A stretch of 64,000 bases of DNA from Camelus ferus (taxonomy: Eukaryota), in the NCBI RefSeq assembly GCF_009834535.1, contig NC_045697.1, forward strand, positions 3,784,001-3,848,000, given 5' to 3'. The notes beneath the pieces were generated by a model, which had not been told where the DNA came from, made no database searches, and saw only the letters and a program-made list of their open reading frames with translations. This document shows, in pieces, positions 50,086-62,599 of this stretch. Position 1 is the first letter of the stretch. Every line of letters begins with the position of its first letter. The translations under genes and the position numbers were made by a program.

Positions 50086-53000
50086 CTAGGACAAAGAAAG
50101 CAGGGATGATTCCAGGCCCAGCCAATTCTGATATTACGGCGCCCTTCTGAAAGTGAAAAAAAGTTGTTTTGTTATGACGTCCTTTAAGCCAATTTTGAGG
50201 ATGAGGCACTGAAATATTTCTTGCCCTTCAGAAGGAAAAACTATCAGTGAAGGCAGTCCTACAGCTCCACAGCCCAGACCATCACTGTGTGAGGACCGAG
50301 GGCCTCCCACATTGGTAGGGAAGTCACTAAAGACCTCATCAACCCAGCTGCCCCTTTATAAGGGCGCATGAACATCATCTCAGGTCTCCAATGGTGCTTC
50401 CAGTAAGAGGTGTGTTTTCTGTCTTCTGGACACTGTAAATTTTAACTGATTATTGCAGTGGCCACTGGGAAGCTCAGAGCCAGAGTGACAGTCAATTCTA
50501 GCATTCATCTGACCCCCTGGCTTCATCTCATATACTCACTCTCATTCTAACTTTCTAATGCATTTCCTTTTATCCCACAACATTTTATATATTTTTGTTA
50601 GCCCTTTAAATTTTGTCTGAAATGAGGAAGGGGTTGAAAACTTTTTGCTTGAAAATGATTATAGCTGTTCAATTTCCTTAAACCAGAAACTTCAAAAAAG
50701 AAATTCTTTAATATCTTTCTATGAAGCCATCACTGCAAGCTATTGCATAATCATGCCATGCCCTGGAACTCTTAAGAGCTGCCTCCGTACTACTGGGCCA
50801 CTAATTTCTCCTATGGACTGCAACCACAAACCCTTGGTCACACCTGGTGACCCACATTCCAAACACCCAACCAGCAGAGTCCAGGAGAGCCAAGCAACCT
50901 GTGCCAAAGAGTCCAGTTTCTGAAATTGTGTGCAGGGGGGCTGTGTGTGGCTGTGCGTACACCCTCAGCTCTTGGCAAAAATAAAAAAACCAGTATTTTC
51001 CTGTTGCTTATTACCAAGACTCAGGACCCCTCCTAAGGCAAGGCGACCTAACTGGGAAGACAAGACAGACAAATGAGCAGTTATCCTCCGATTTAAATAA
51101 CCATTCCAGATACAATATAAGCAGTATCAGGGTGGAAGTGATGAATCGCTAAATGGATTTTATTGACACCAGTTGTCGAGAGAGATGTTACTGGCAAAAT
51201 GATTTGGCAAGCAATTATTCTCTCAGTCGGAGAAGCCTATCCAGGCTTCTAAGAAGTTAAAAGGAAAAATTATTTCTTCAAAATCCACAGGCTGTGAGAA
51301 GGGAGTGCACCGAGAAACAGGCGGGTGGGGCAGTTTCTGTACATCCAGACGTACAAGGTTAGCTGTCTTAACGTTGTTTACCCTGACATAAAATGGTTCC
51401 ATTAACACTAAAATGACCTCCACTTACCCAAGGCTGAGAAGATGGACTCCCTTTTTCATCCATTCTCACATCTGAGCACCTGCATGCGCCAGGCACTCAG
51501 CTGCAACTCAACATGGAACCAAGCAGCCATCAGGAAGTGTCACATCTAGTACCTGGAGGTAAACTCTTAAATTTTATAGGGAATCTACCAAAAAGTTGTG
51601 TGCTGAGAAAGCCTGAGGCACAATGCATTTTAACAAGAATTGGTAGTGAATGTCCTGTAAGGTGCTACTTCCAGCTGACTCTGTTCTAGTGAACTACATG
51701 CCAAGACCAAAGACGCTGAGCCCCCAAGGCAAGTGCCCCAGAGTGTGACGTGTGTTCCCACTTGCTCTTGTGTGCTTTACACACTTCATCTCATTTTGTT
51801 TCCACTACAACCTCCATGGCAAGTGTCACCGGATTCTACAGGAAGGGTCACTGAAGTTCAGAGTGAAGTGACTTGCCCCCAAGTACACAGTCAGGAAGGA
51901 GCTGGGCCTGCAGGACTCCCCACTCTGCCACTCCGAGCAGGCCCACCCTGCCCCCACCCCCCACTGCAGATACACTCAAACAGGTGTGCAACTCTACAGG
52001 GAAAAGACCGAGTCCTACACAGGCTGAGTGAGGCCTATGGAGCCAGACAGGTCTGGGAGCAAATTCAGAACCACCAAGAACCAGCTGCGACCTCCACCAA
52101 AGCATTGGCTTAGAAAACCCCTGCGCCGCATTTCCGCACCTGCAGGAGGGGAACAGCACTACCAGGGAGGGCTGTCTAAGGAGCAGCCGGGGCCTGGGAA
52201 GCGGTCAGCGTGGCCCGTGGGCCCAGGATGCGCTCTGCACAGGGTGGCCCTGCTTCCCCCAGACCTGAAACAACTGTGCAAGGCAGAAAAAACACTTTAG
52301 GGCCAAACAACCATCAAGGGGCCCTGGGAAGTCTGTCAATTGCACAGATAGGAAAAGGAGGAGCAATCTTAATTAACTGCCTTGATTTGTGATTTAAAGG
52401 CAATCAGTCTCTTCAGTTAGAGCTCAGAGGGTCAGGGCCAAGCACTTTCTGAGGGCTTTACACACACCAAGAGGGCTCAACTTCCCCTTTACACCGGCCC
52501 TCCCAGGGAGGAGCTGCTATCGTCCCCACTTCCCCACGGCACAGACCACCGGGAAGGCGGAGGCCAGGCTGGGGCTGGAGGAGCCGGACCAGAAGCCAAG
52601 CACCCGAGCTCTGCAGCCACACTGCTTGCCGTAGGCTCACTGGAACTCCTGAGCCAGACTAATTCCATCATTCATACTCAAGTCTAAACAAAGCTTTAAC
52701 TATGACACAAACCTGTAATAGTGAATTAAGTGCAGATGCAGAGCAAATGCTTATGTTTTAATCACATAGAGCACTGCATGATTAAAAAAAAATTAAAGGA
52801 GACCTGGCCTGCCCATACTTGAAATCCCAAGAAAAGCCTTTTCAAAATTGTAAATGGCATTTCAGAACGTGAATGGCACTGGAAACTGTTACAGGTCCTA
52901 CTCCAGAGGTGTCCTCAAAGAGCTAGCCAGAGGGCTCAGCACGGAGCTCATCTTCTAGACCAGACAAACCGACTTCAGGAACAAGAGAGGACTATTCACT

Positions 53001-55979
53001 CTAAGGATCCTCTTTTTCCAGGGCAGTGGGGCACAGGTGGATGGTACAGAGATGGATAAGAAGTCTCTGTAAAAACAACTTTCAGCTGTGAATGAATGAT
53101 CAACACTGGGGTCCGCATGTGATGTGGCAGGAGCTGGGGCTTTGGATCAGAAAGACTTAGTTCTAAGTCTTAGCTCTGATCCGAGGCAAGCCATCTTGCT
53201 TCTCTCTCTGCTATAAAACGGGAGGAAGGGCAAAGACTCCCGTGATTATGCGACACGCCGTAACTGCCCATAAAGCGCGAGTCCTTCCTTCCTGGGTGTC
53301 AGGCCAGCGGCAGCCCGGTCCTAGCCGCAGTACAACTCATTGTTTTCTCAGGACCCTCCTGGGATCAAGTTTGGAAGTCTCTTGGTTTAAACCAAGTAAC
53401 ACTACCATTCACTGCTGTGCTCACCAGAAGCCCTGCGTGCGGGCTAATCAGTATAAATTGCCCACTCAAGCCTCTGCCGCAGATCCCAACACCCTGCATA
53501 ACCTCACAGGGAACTTAGAACAGGGCCCTTCCAAGTTCTACTGGCAAATCGGTTTACATGGTCATGACAGCGTTTTTTTTTTTCAATCAAACAATAAAAA
53601 AACAGAGTTTACACAGGAAGGACAGTTTGTCTCAGTTCTATACCTAGTTACATGCTGCGCCTTTACGAGCACTGTCTCAACCTAAATTGTCTAACACTGG
53701 GGATGGGAGTGGGGGGCTGTGTTAAAAACACTTTGCAAGCCAGTAATTTAGAACAGGTCACAGTCCCTGCCCAGAGTAGTTTATCTCGTATCCTGTTGGG
53801 AAGATAAGACCAACAGCAGAGAGAGAGCAACAAACAAACCTACTGAACCCAACCAGGGGCTAAGCTGTGGGGTGTGGGCTTTTGGGAAAAAGCAGTAAGC
53901 AAGCAGTAAGCCAGGGCAGCTGAACAGTCTCAGCTCCACCTGAGGGAAAGGACCTCATTTGTGAAGCAGCTGCCTGGGGCCTGGCACTTTAGGAGAACTG
54001 CAGACCCCAGCCTTGAAGGGCTCACTTAAGTAGGGGCAGTAAGATGCCAGCAGAGGCCATGAGACCAAGCCAGATAATGAAAAATGCCACTGAGAGGGCA
54101 AGCCACATGCTGCAGGGGCCCCAGGGACAGGACGCCTAATGGCTAGAGGGAATCACAGAAAGCATCTCATAAAGGGTGCCATCCGAGCAGATAAAGGACA
54201 GGGGAGATCTGCGCTGGAACCATGAGGGAGAGGCACCCTGACAGTACAAGTAGCAGCCAAGAGATGACAGTGGGCAGGCCTGTTTGTGGGTTAGCAGGAG
54301 CACTTTAAATGGGGAATGATGCTGAGCCAAAACCTTTTTGTCCTAGATTTTATGGTCTCAATAACAAGCCACCCAGCGCTGGTGGGACAAGCCGAGAGCG
54401 AGAGCAAGTGGGAGTGGGGGACAGCTAGATTTGGTGCAGAGCCAGAAAGTAAACAGTGTGAGGTGTGATGAGCCCGTGAGACACATCCGATGGCAAGCGC
54501 TGTCTCGTGTGCATGATCTGAACAGCGCTAAATATGAGGATACGGCATCAGATCCTAAATTAAGCGGAAAATCTGCCAGTTAAAATAGAAAAAAAAAGAA
54601 GCCTACCTCGACAGACATTTGTTTAAGAGGAAGAGAAAAGATCAAGATGCTCAAACAGTGAAAAGGAAGACTTCCTGGTAAGACGACAAGAGAGGTGTCA
54701 GGGCTACGTCCAGAACTGGAAGAGTGCTGTAAGAGATAACTAATTACACCCAAATGTGGCCAGCAACACCCCCTGGCTTCCTGGGAATCTGTGCCAGCGA
54801 CAAGGTGAAAGGGTCATCAGTGAAAACCTGTGCTTAAGCCTTCGACTCAACAGCATCAAGATTAGCCTGTTAAAATAACCAGAGGGTTTTAGAGGTACGT
54901 CTGGAATAAAGCATGGCAGGTCACCACGTGGTACCTATTAAAAGACTGACAGGAATCAATTTGAGTGACAACACAGCAACCACATGGGCCCAGGTTGAGG
55001 ACCCTGCAGGGGAAGCACTGGGGGCTGGCAGCAGGCCTGGGTCTAACCATCACCTCCAGACCATCAACACCAGCAGCATGACCCTGAGGTCATCCCTTCA
55101 CCCCTCCAAGCCCGTTTCCTCCTCTATTAAATAAGAATGAGTTAATATAATACACATAGCAGGTGCCCCCCAAAACAACAGGGAGTATTACTGTCACTGT
55201 ATTACTACAAAACTACTTTTTGCGGTATTTCCCATTAAGAGGGGCACTTAATACGGTTGTGAAGACTGACAGTGAAGTGCCCAGTGTGCAGCTCGTTTCA
55301 CTTTGTCATTTGTAACAAGCAACTTTTGCGGAGAGAGGGGCATTGTTCTAGAATCTGGGACGAGATGTGTTTTGTGTGGCCATTTTTAGCAGGGAAGAGA
55401 GGCCTGACCAGGTCTGACAAATGCTTGGCCTTCCAAACGACTGCAGCCTTGGGGACCAATGAGGCTGACCTCACAGTAAGAAGGACCCCCAGAATCCCAG
55501 GAGGGATCCTCATACTTGAAGTCTTTGCGCTCTCTAGGGTACCGGAAACGCTGGCATTTGGGACAGCAACTCTCAGGAAGCCTTTCTAATTGTCACATTC
55601 CTTACAATACACCTAGAACACAAAAGTTAATACGTGTACTGGTGAATGAAATGCACTGAAACTGATCCGTGGGTTTTAATAAGGCTGGTTACTGCTGCAA
55701 TTTGACCACCTTATTAGGACCTGGGGCAAACAGGGTACAGCCTCATCTCCGTACAAAGGCTTCCCCCGAGGATCTCGGGCAATGAATGCCATTTAGGCCT
55801 CTAAGAGGGGTGCCAGGCCTGGCCTGACCTCAATCTGAAGACAGGCTGCAGTCCCGTTTTGGGAGACAGGAATTAGGATGCGCTGGCTCTGTCTCTTCAG
55901 TCTCCCACTGTGCCCGTTAAAACTCAACCCTGTCAGGAAATTATATGGAATCACAGACAAAGAATGGCAGGGAGAAGGG

Positions 55980-56600
55980 CGCATCACCGCGGTACATGCA
56001 AGCTTCAGCTCCTTGGAACGGAGGCACGGTACACACACACATGCACACGGCGCACCCACGCAGGGGCCCGCGGGCCGGCGATGGGCGGGTAGGCCCCTCG
56101 GAGGGCGCGGGCGGGCCGGCCCCACTCACCATGAACGCCGCGGGGCTCAGAGGCGCGCGGCCGGCGGCTCCATGCCCAGGCGGGCGAGCGGGGCTCCGCG
56201 GCGGGACCTCGGGCGGCGGCTCCGGCGGGCGGGGGCGGCAGTCCGCTCAATCGCGCGCAGATGCCGCGCAGCCGATCCGCGACTCCGGTTCGGCGCGTCA
56301 GGCCTGGCTCGCCGGGACCCTGGGCAACGGGGCGGGCCCGGGGCGGGGCTGGCGCGCGAACCCGGGCTCCCCACGGCCCCGGGTAGGGGGCGTCCCTCCA
56401 GCGCCCGGCGCCCTCAGGACACTGGACGAGCCCCTGCAGGCGCGGAGTCTAGAGATGCGATGCCCAGCCCCGCTCCGAACCGGGCCGGCCTAAATGCGCA
56501 CACTCAGCATGATGTGCTGCGTTCTCAGCACACACGTTTCATACCTGAAAACGTACGCTCCAAAAACGAGCAGCGAAACACCGAGCACCGTACGCCAAAG
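55980..56600 (-). promoter_or_regulatory. TBC1D14: CpG island, internal promoter of TBC1D14
   Basis: Dense CpG, GC boxes (GGGGCGGG at ~56329 and ~56340), strong splice donor at 56129. Confidence 0.85.
56130..56132 (-). CDS. TBC1D14: Initiator ATG on the alternative internal first exon of TBC1D14 (413-aa short isoform)
   Basis: ...GCGTTC ATG|GTGAGT consensus donor inside a CpG island. Phase 0 joins the exon at 50085; the downstream exons total 1239 nt (412 aa plus stop). Confidence 0.8.
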
Positions 56601-57184
56601 CTCTGCTTTGTGAAATTTTTTTTTAAAGAGCATGCATATTAACCAGAAGGAATTACAAGAAAATGTTGACACTGGTAACCTCTGGGGAGTGGGGTGATTA
56701 TGAGCAATCTTACTCTTCCTTATACTCTACTACGGTTCACGTGTTTTCCACAGTAAGATCAGTCCAATCAAAACGCCAGGGTGCACGCAGAAAACACACA
56801 ATGGGAGGAATCTGACTAGTGACTGCTTCTAGGAGACTGACTGGGAAGGGGCATTAGAAACTCTACAGGGGGCGATAAAATATTGTCTTGATAAGCATCC
56901 ATCAAAGCTAATTGGATAGTTTACTTCAGATGAGAGCACGCCACAGTTTGTACATCATATCTCAATGTTTTAAATCTTTAAAATCTGTATAAGGTCAAAT
57001 TTATTTCAGGCCAGCCATGGGTCCAATGTCCAAGGGCTGAACAAATGGTCTGAGACAACACGGGATTCTCCTGTGATGGAAATTCATCAGTCCCCAGAGG
57101 ATGAGTACCAGGCTTTCCCCAGCTGATTTTCTAGATAACAGCATTACAAGGTTGCCATCAGAAACTTCTTCACTCAGAAGCCTA

Positions 57185-57830
57185 CAATGTCCAACAAGCT
57201 ATAATCAAGAAAGCAATAACAAGTGACTGTTGAGTATGTGGAGAATCTGGAATTTTCGTAAGTCACTGGTAGTTGCACCCATTTTGGAAAAGAATCTGAC
57301 AGTTTCTTGCATAGTTTATATACATCTACCACACTCCTAGGAACCTACCCAAGAGAAATGAAAAAAATACGTCCACAAAAAGACTTGCGTGCAAATGTTC
57401 ACAGCAGCATTATTCATAATAGCCCACACCAAAAACAATCCAAAAACCCATTGAATGAGGGCTGGATAAACAGCATCTACAGAGCGATGAAAAGGGGCAC
57501 TGATACTCGCTGCCACATGGACACCACATGGGTGAGCCTCAGGAACACTGCTGAACGAAAGATGCCAGACAAAAGATAATATGCAGATTCCATTTATATG
57601 AAATTTCTTTACAAAGCAAATCTCTAGAGAGAAAGCAAATTAATGTTTGCCTGGAGCTGGAGGCGGGAGCGGAGAGCCACTGCAAACAGGCATGAGGGAA
57701 CTTTTTCAAGTGATGAAAATATTCTAAAACTGGATTGCAAAGATAGTTGCATAACTGTACAAGTTTATTAAAAATCATGAACATATACAATGAGTGAACT
57801 TTATGGTATAAGGCAAATTTTAAAAAAATA
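57185..57830 (+). mobile_element. L1MB-type LINE-1 3' end
   Basis: tacccaagagaaatgaaaa..gtccacaaaaagacttg..aaatgttcacagcagcattattcataatagcc..attccatttatatgaaat..gtgatgaaaatattctaaaactggattg. Confidence 0.88.
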
Positions 57831-58349
57831 ATAGGATTAAAGGGGAGAGGATGATTCTGGCTGTATTAGGGAAAGCCTTGTTAAGAAATATTGTTCAAAA
57901 TGTGGAAATAAGACAAAAGCACAGGGGAGGGGTGTCTTTTCAATTTATCCCTGGGCATTGTTAGCATGCCTGCCTCGGGTGTATGTAATTCTCTAGGAGA
58001 ATGTGCTGTGCTATTACCACTCGATTAGAGCCCAGAAACTGTTATGTGACATATTACCTTGTGGGTTTATGTCCAATGGAAAAGATAACTACAAAGATTA
58101 TGTTTTCTTATCCCTACGAGTTTGCTTGTTTGTTTACATCTGACCTAGCAACCTTATTTTAATTTTTTTTTATTTTATGCCCATAAATACCTAGTTCTTC
58201 AAATGCCTTTGGAATCAATTTTGCCATCTTAGTGGTTCATTTAACTGACTCACTTAACACAGCTGCTCAATGTGTTAAGTGAATCTTTTACGGTCCTAAG
58301 AAAAGGTAAATGTCATGAAAGAATGGTAGAATAACTTCTATTAAGAGAA

Positions 58350-58745
58350 CAAAGGGACAAGTAACTGAGGGCAACGCACAATCCTGACTGGATGCCGGTT
58401 CATGAAGAGCAGTGTGGTGCAGTGAGGGAAAGTAGGACATGATCTCGGCATGAACCTGGTCTGTACACCGTCATGGTCAGATGCTATTACGCAACTACTG
58501 ATAATTTTCTGAAGTGTGATAGCACATTCATGGTTGTGTAGAGAGCTGTATGCTGGTGTATTTATGGGTAAGATGTCATGATATCTGCAGCTTAGTGTCA
58601 CATGATTCCATTTTTTAAAACTAGAAAGAGGCACAATAAGAAAGAATGTGGCAACATGTCAACAACTGTTCAGTCTGAGAGGAGCACGTACAGCTGTTCA
58701 TCATTAAATTACTCTTTGAACCTTTCTGTAGGTCTGACATTCTTC
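58350..58745 (+). mobile_element. Old L1MC-like fragment
   Basis: atcctgactggat.., ataattttctgaagtgtgatag..tatttatgggtaagatgtcatgatatctgca, tgtggcaacatgtcaacaact. Confidence 0.6.
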
Positions 58746-60164
58746 TTCACTAGGGGAATAAACCAGTAAGAAGGCTGGCAATGAATCCTTCAGATCTCAT
58801 CCCCACAGAAACGCTCCCTGCCCTGCCACGCAGACTACAGCGAGACCCTGTCGGTCTCTCTCCCAGCGTCAGGTTCTGTTTCCTCGCAGCACTTACTCAC
58901 AGCTTGTAATTACGTGACCCTCTGATTAACACTCATTTCCCTCAAGAGACTGCAGAACCTCTAAGTGTGGGGACTTGCTACAGACTTTTCACCACTGAAG
59001 GCGAACAAAGTACACAGCACAGAGGGGACACTCAGCATTTGTGGAATCCATCACTGGTCCATCCTGCTTTCAACCGTCCAAATGAGCACTTAGGTGCTTG
59101 GCCCCAGGAATAAAGATGAATAAGGTCCTTGCCCTCGAGTCTCTCCCAGATCAGCAGACAGACAACTACTACACTACTGGAGTGCTCGGTCCTATGACTG
59201 AGAAATCTGAGGTTTCCAAAAGCTGACCGGCCCAAGGGGTTACTGGTGAGTTTCTGAAAATAACTTCTACAGCTGCAAGGGAGTTAGCTCCGGTCTCACA
59301 GAGAGGTGGGGTTCTCAGCCGCTTGATGCCCCCCACCAACGACTACTGCCGCACATGCCTTAGCGGCTGGCCCACATGCTCACTGAACTTGAATACGAGA
59401 GAGACGTGTTAAGATATCACCAAAACACACTGCTTATCTCTTCTGGCAGGTTGTAACCTGCAAGTTACTTTAACAGTAGTTCTAGCACATATTTTAGAAT
59501 TGAGTACCACTTACCAAGTTTTAACTATATATTATACCATGCAATGGCAGGTTGACTTTTACTACATTTTGAAACTTAAAGCAAAAAGATAGGTTAACAG
59601 AGCCTTTTCTCTACTTTGAGCTGGCATTAGACTTTACCTCCATCTTCGTCCACCTGTAAAGCATTCTTCCTCCTGAAGTTTCTGAGTTAACCAGAGCTCA
59701 CCCCCAGGCCTCCTGTACCTCCGGCAGCACGCTGGGTTTATCTGCTTATTTGACTAATCTACAACATTGTTGTCTCTACACTTTGAGGTCAAGGAGGAAA
59801 GACGGCGTGATTTGATGCAGCGTCCTAACAGACAGGCTGAACCCAGCCTTGCTACAGACCACAGATTTCACAGGAACAAAAGGTTACTGAAGTCAGGACT
59901 TCAGGGCCCAGTCTAGGAGACTGGTTAAGGAAATCATGATACAGTTACAGAAAGGCCATGACTTAGTGAGTAAAAATGAGATCATGCAAGAATATTTAAT
60001 GTTATGGGGAAATGCCTATGTTGTCATAGAGATAAGTATAAAGTCTACAAAGTGGTATGTTTTGAAATTTTGACATTCATTCATCCATTTAACAAATATG
60101 TTTTAACAATCCACTGAAGCCAGGTACTCTTCTAGGCCCTGGAGATAAATGTGTCAATGGAAAC

Positions 60165-60395
60165 AAGCTGGAGTTATGCAAACACAAGGCAAGGAATGCC
60201 AGCAGCTTCTAGAAGCTGGAAGAGAAAGAACAGATCCTCTCCCGGAGCCTCTAGAAAGACCAGCCCCACCAACACTTTGGTTTTAGCCTGGAAGCCTCAT
60301 TTCAGGCTCCTGACCTCCAAACTATAGGAGAGTAAGTCATTTTACGCCACCGAGTTTTGTGGTAACTTATTATAGGAGCAACTGGAAACGAATAC
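60165..60395 (+). mobile_element. MLT1 (ERVL-MaLR) LTR 3' part
   Basis: caaggaatgcc..agaagctggaagag..ctcccggagcctctagaa..cagccccaccaacact..tcctgacctcca..tttgtggtaacttattatag..ggaaacgaatac. Confidence 0.85.
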
Positions 60396-62599
60396 CGGCA
60401 CCATCAGCATCAGCTCCCCCACCTCCGTCTCTTCCCAGATACAGCAACTAATGCTCGGGGTAACCTCCCCAGTCAGGTGAGAGCTGGTCAGTGGCAGGGC
60501 AGGATTTAAACCCAGGCAGCCTGGCTCCAGAGCCTCTTCCTGTCAACTCCCCTGATGTGCTGCCTCTGAACCAAGATTTCAGTTTCCCAAAACAGTGCCC
60601 CCTTTCTGGCCCTAAGGCCACATTAGCTATCAGACCCAGGCATAAGACCAAGGAACAAATGTAGCACCTGCCCATTAATTCAGGGGTACCGTGGAGCTTC
60701 CGGCGCCAAAGGGAACACTCCACCTGAAGTGATGACACACGCCACCAAGATGGTAAGTAACATTCTGAGTTCACCTTAGACAAGTAACTAAAAGGAAGGT
60801 TTAGAGGAAACAAAGGAAAGTAAGGTGAATAGCCTTGCTCCCCTCCAGTCTGAGGCTCCCCCAAGTCCCGCGGGGGCGCTTGCTGGGCTTGCCTCCCCGG
60901 GAGTGCGGGCCGAGCCCTGCACCGCGCACCACAGCCCCGGACAAGCCGGCCAGCCGGTGCCCGGCGACCCCTGCAAGGCCCAAGAAGTGTCTCCCCTGCC
61001 GCGCCCACAGTGCTTAGAGATTAAAAAATACTTTAAAATCTCAGTCTTTCACTGGGAATTAGATCAGTGTGAAAGAGGTTTTCTCTGGCTGTCCGTGTTT
61101 TCATACCAACACGTTAAGTTGTGCGGGGAAGGGCAGAGGCCACCTCCCCGGTCCCCCGAGGACGCTGCCTCGATTCAGCTACGTCCGTGAAACGCACCTT
61201 TCTGGTTCAGATTGCACAACAGGCCACCCGACTGCAGAGGGGAGCTGCACATTCTGTCACAAATGTACGGCCACGAGTGACACATGTTCAAACGTAACCT
61301 GGCTCAGAGAAAGGCCTGTCAGACTCCAACCGGGGAGGGGCTGTGGAGTCTCGGGTGAAGAGCGTCCCTGTTTGCCTCTGCCTACCTCTATCATTTGGGT
61401 GTTTTACAGGTATTTTTTCATGAACTATTTTTATAATGGAGAAAACAATTTTTAAACCATTTCAGATGGAGTCCAAGACTGATTTTGCCAACTGCAATTT
61501 CCAAAACAAACTGAACATGCTTGCAGCAAAGTTTCTGTTTTGTTTTTTAAAATTCTGTCCACTCATGAGAGAAAAGGTGTAGACATGAGGGGAGACTAGA
61601 GCGAGAGAAACCGCTGACCTTCACTGAGCTCCCAGGGGCCACCAACCACTGCCCCCGGACACCTGCGCTCGACCCCGCGGAGCCCTCCTGAGATGGGCAT
61701 CATCAGAGGAGGAGACCACAGCTCAGAGGGGCAGAGTTGCCAGCCCAAGGCCACACAACTGACTGTGAGCGACAGGACCAAGTACCAGACAAGGGGCTCT
61801 TTGACCCCAAAGTCCTTCCCTGGCCCCCTGCCTTCCCAAACCCGAGACCCCTCTGGCCCCAAGTGTCGTTGGAGTCCCAGTAAAGATCTGTGCGTTTCCT
61901 GTCTCCAACTCCTCTCTCTTCCTGGGAGTCACATGGGTAAGGCTCAAAGTGGGCTCTGAATGCAGCCCTCTCAGACTAATGGGGAAATGTATCACTTCCA
62001 CATTAGGAAAAATAAGCAAACCTTAAGCACTATGCACTAGAATTTCAGCTTACATTGAGGCATCTGAGGTAAGAGAGTTAAACTTCTCAGAATAACTTAA
62101 CTGTTACCACGACAACGGTAGGAGACAATCTATCCATAGAATGAAAACAAAGTTCGAATTTAATGACCACACTGCCATTTCCCTTTCCCCTCTCTTCCAG
62201 AAAGGCATCATGTAGAAATTTAATATGTAATCAACCTCCTGCCTCTCTAAACTCCAAAATTAATAGAGATTAGACATTTGTGAGATAATCTCCTAACAGA
62301 CTCATCCTCAACCCAAAGGTCCTGATCCTGTACAAACAGGCCATCACCTACCACCTTGACAAGCCAAAGCTCCCAGAACAGGCTCAGCTTTCTCCTCTGG
62401 ATCGCTACCAGCTGTGTAATGTTCCCCTCTTTGCGCCAGCCACTAGGAAGCTCAGCGTCAAATCTGCATGTAGTGTGCCTCTAGGAGTCACATGGGAATC
62501 TGTGAGTTGTATTCTGGGGTATCCATTAGGCTCTGGCTTTATCTTGTCCTTTGCCCAAATTCCTCAACATCATTCTGCACACTTTAAGAAAAAAATTTT

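Noticed and set aside
55878..56642. 254-aa and 182-aa plus-strand ORFs
   Set aside because: Span the CpG island antisense to TBC1D14; low complexity with no recognisable homology.
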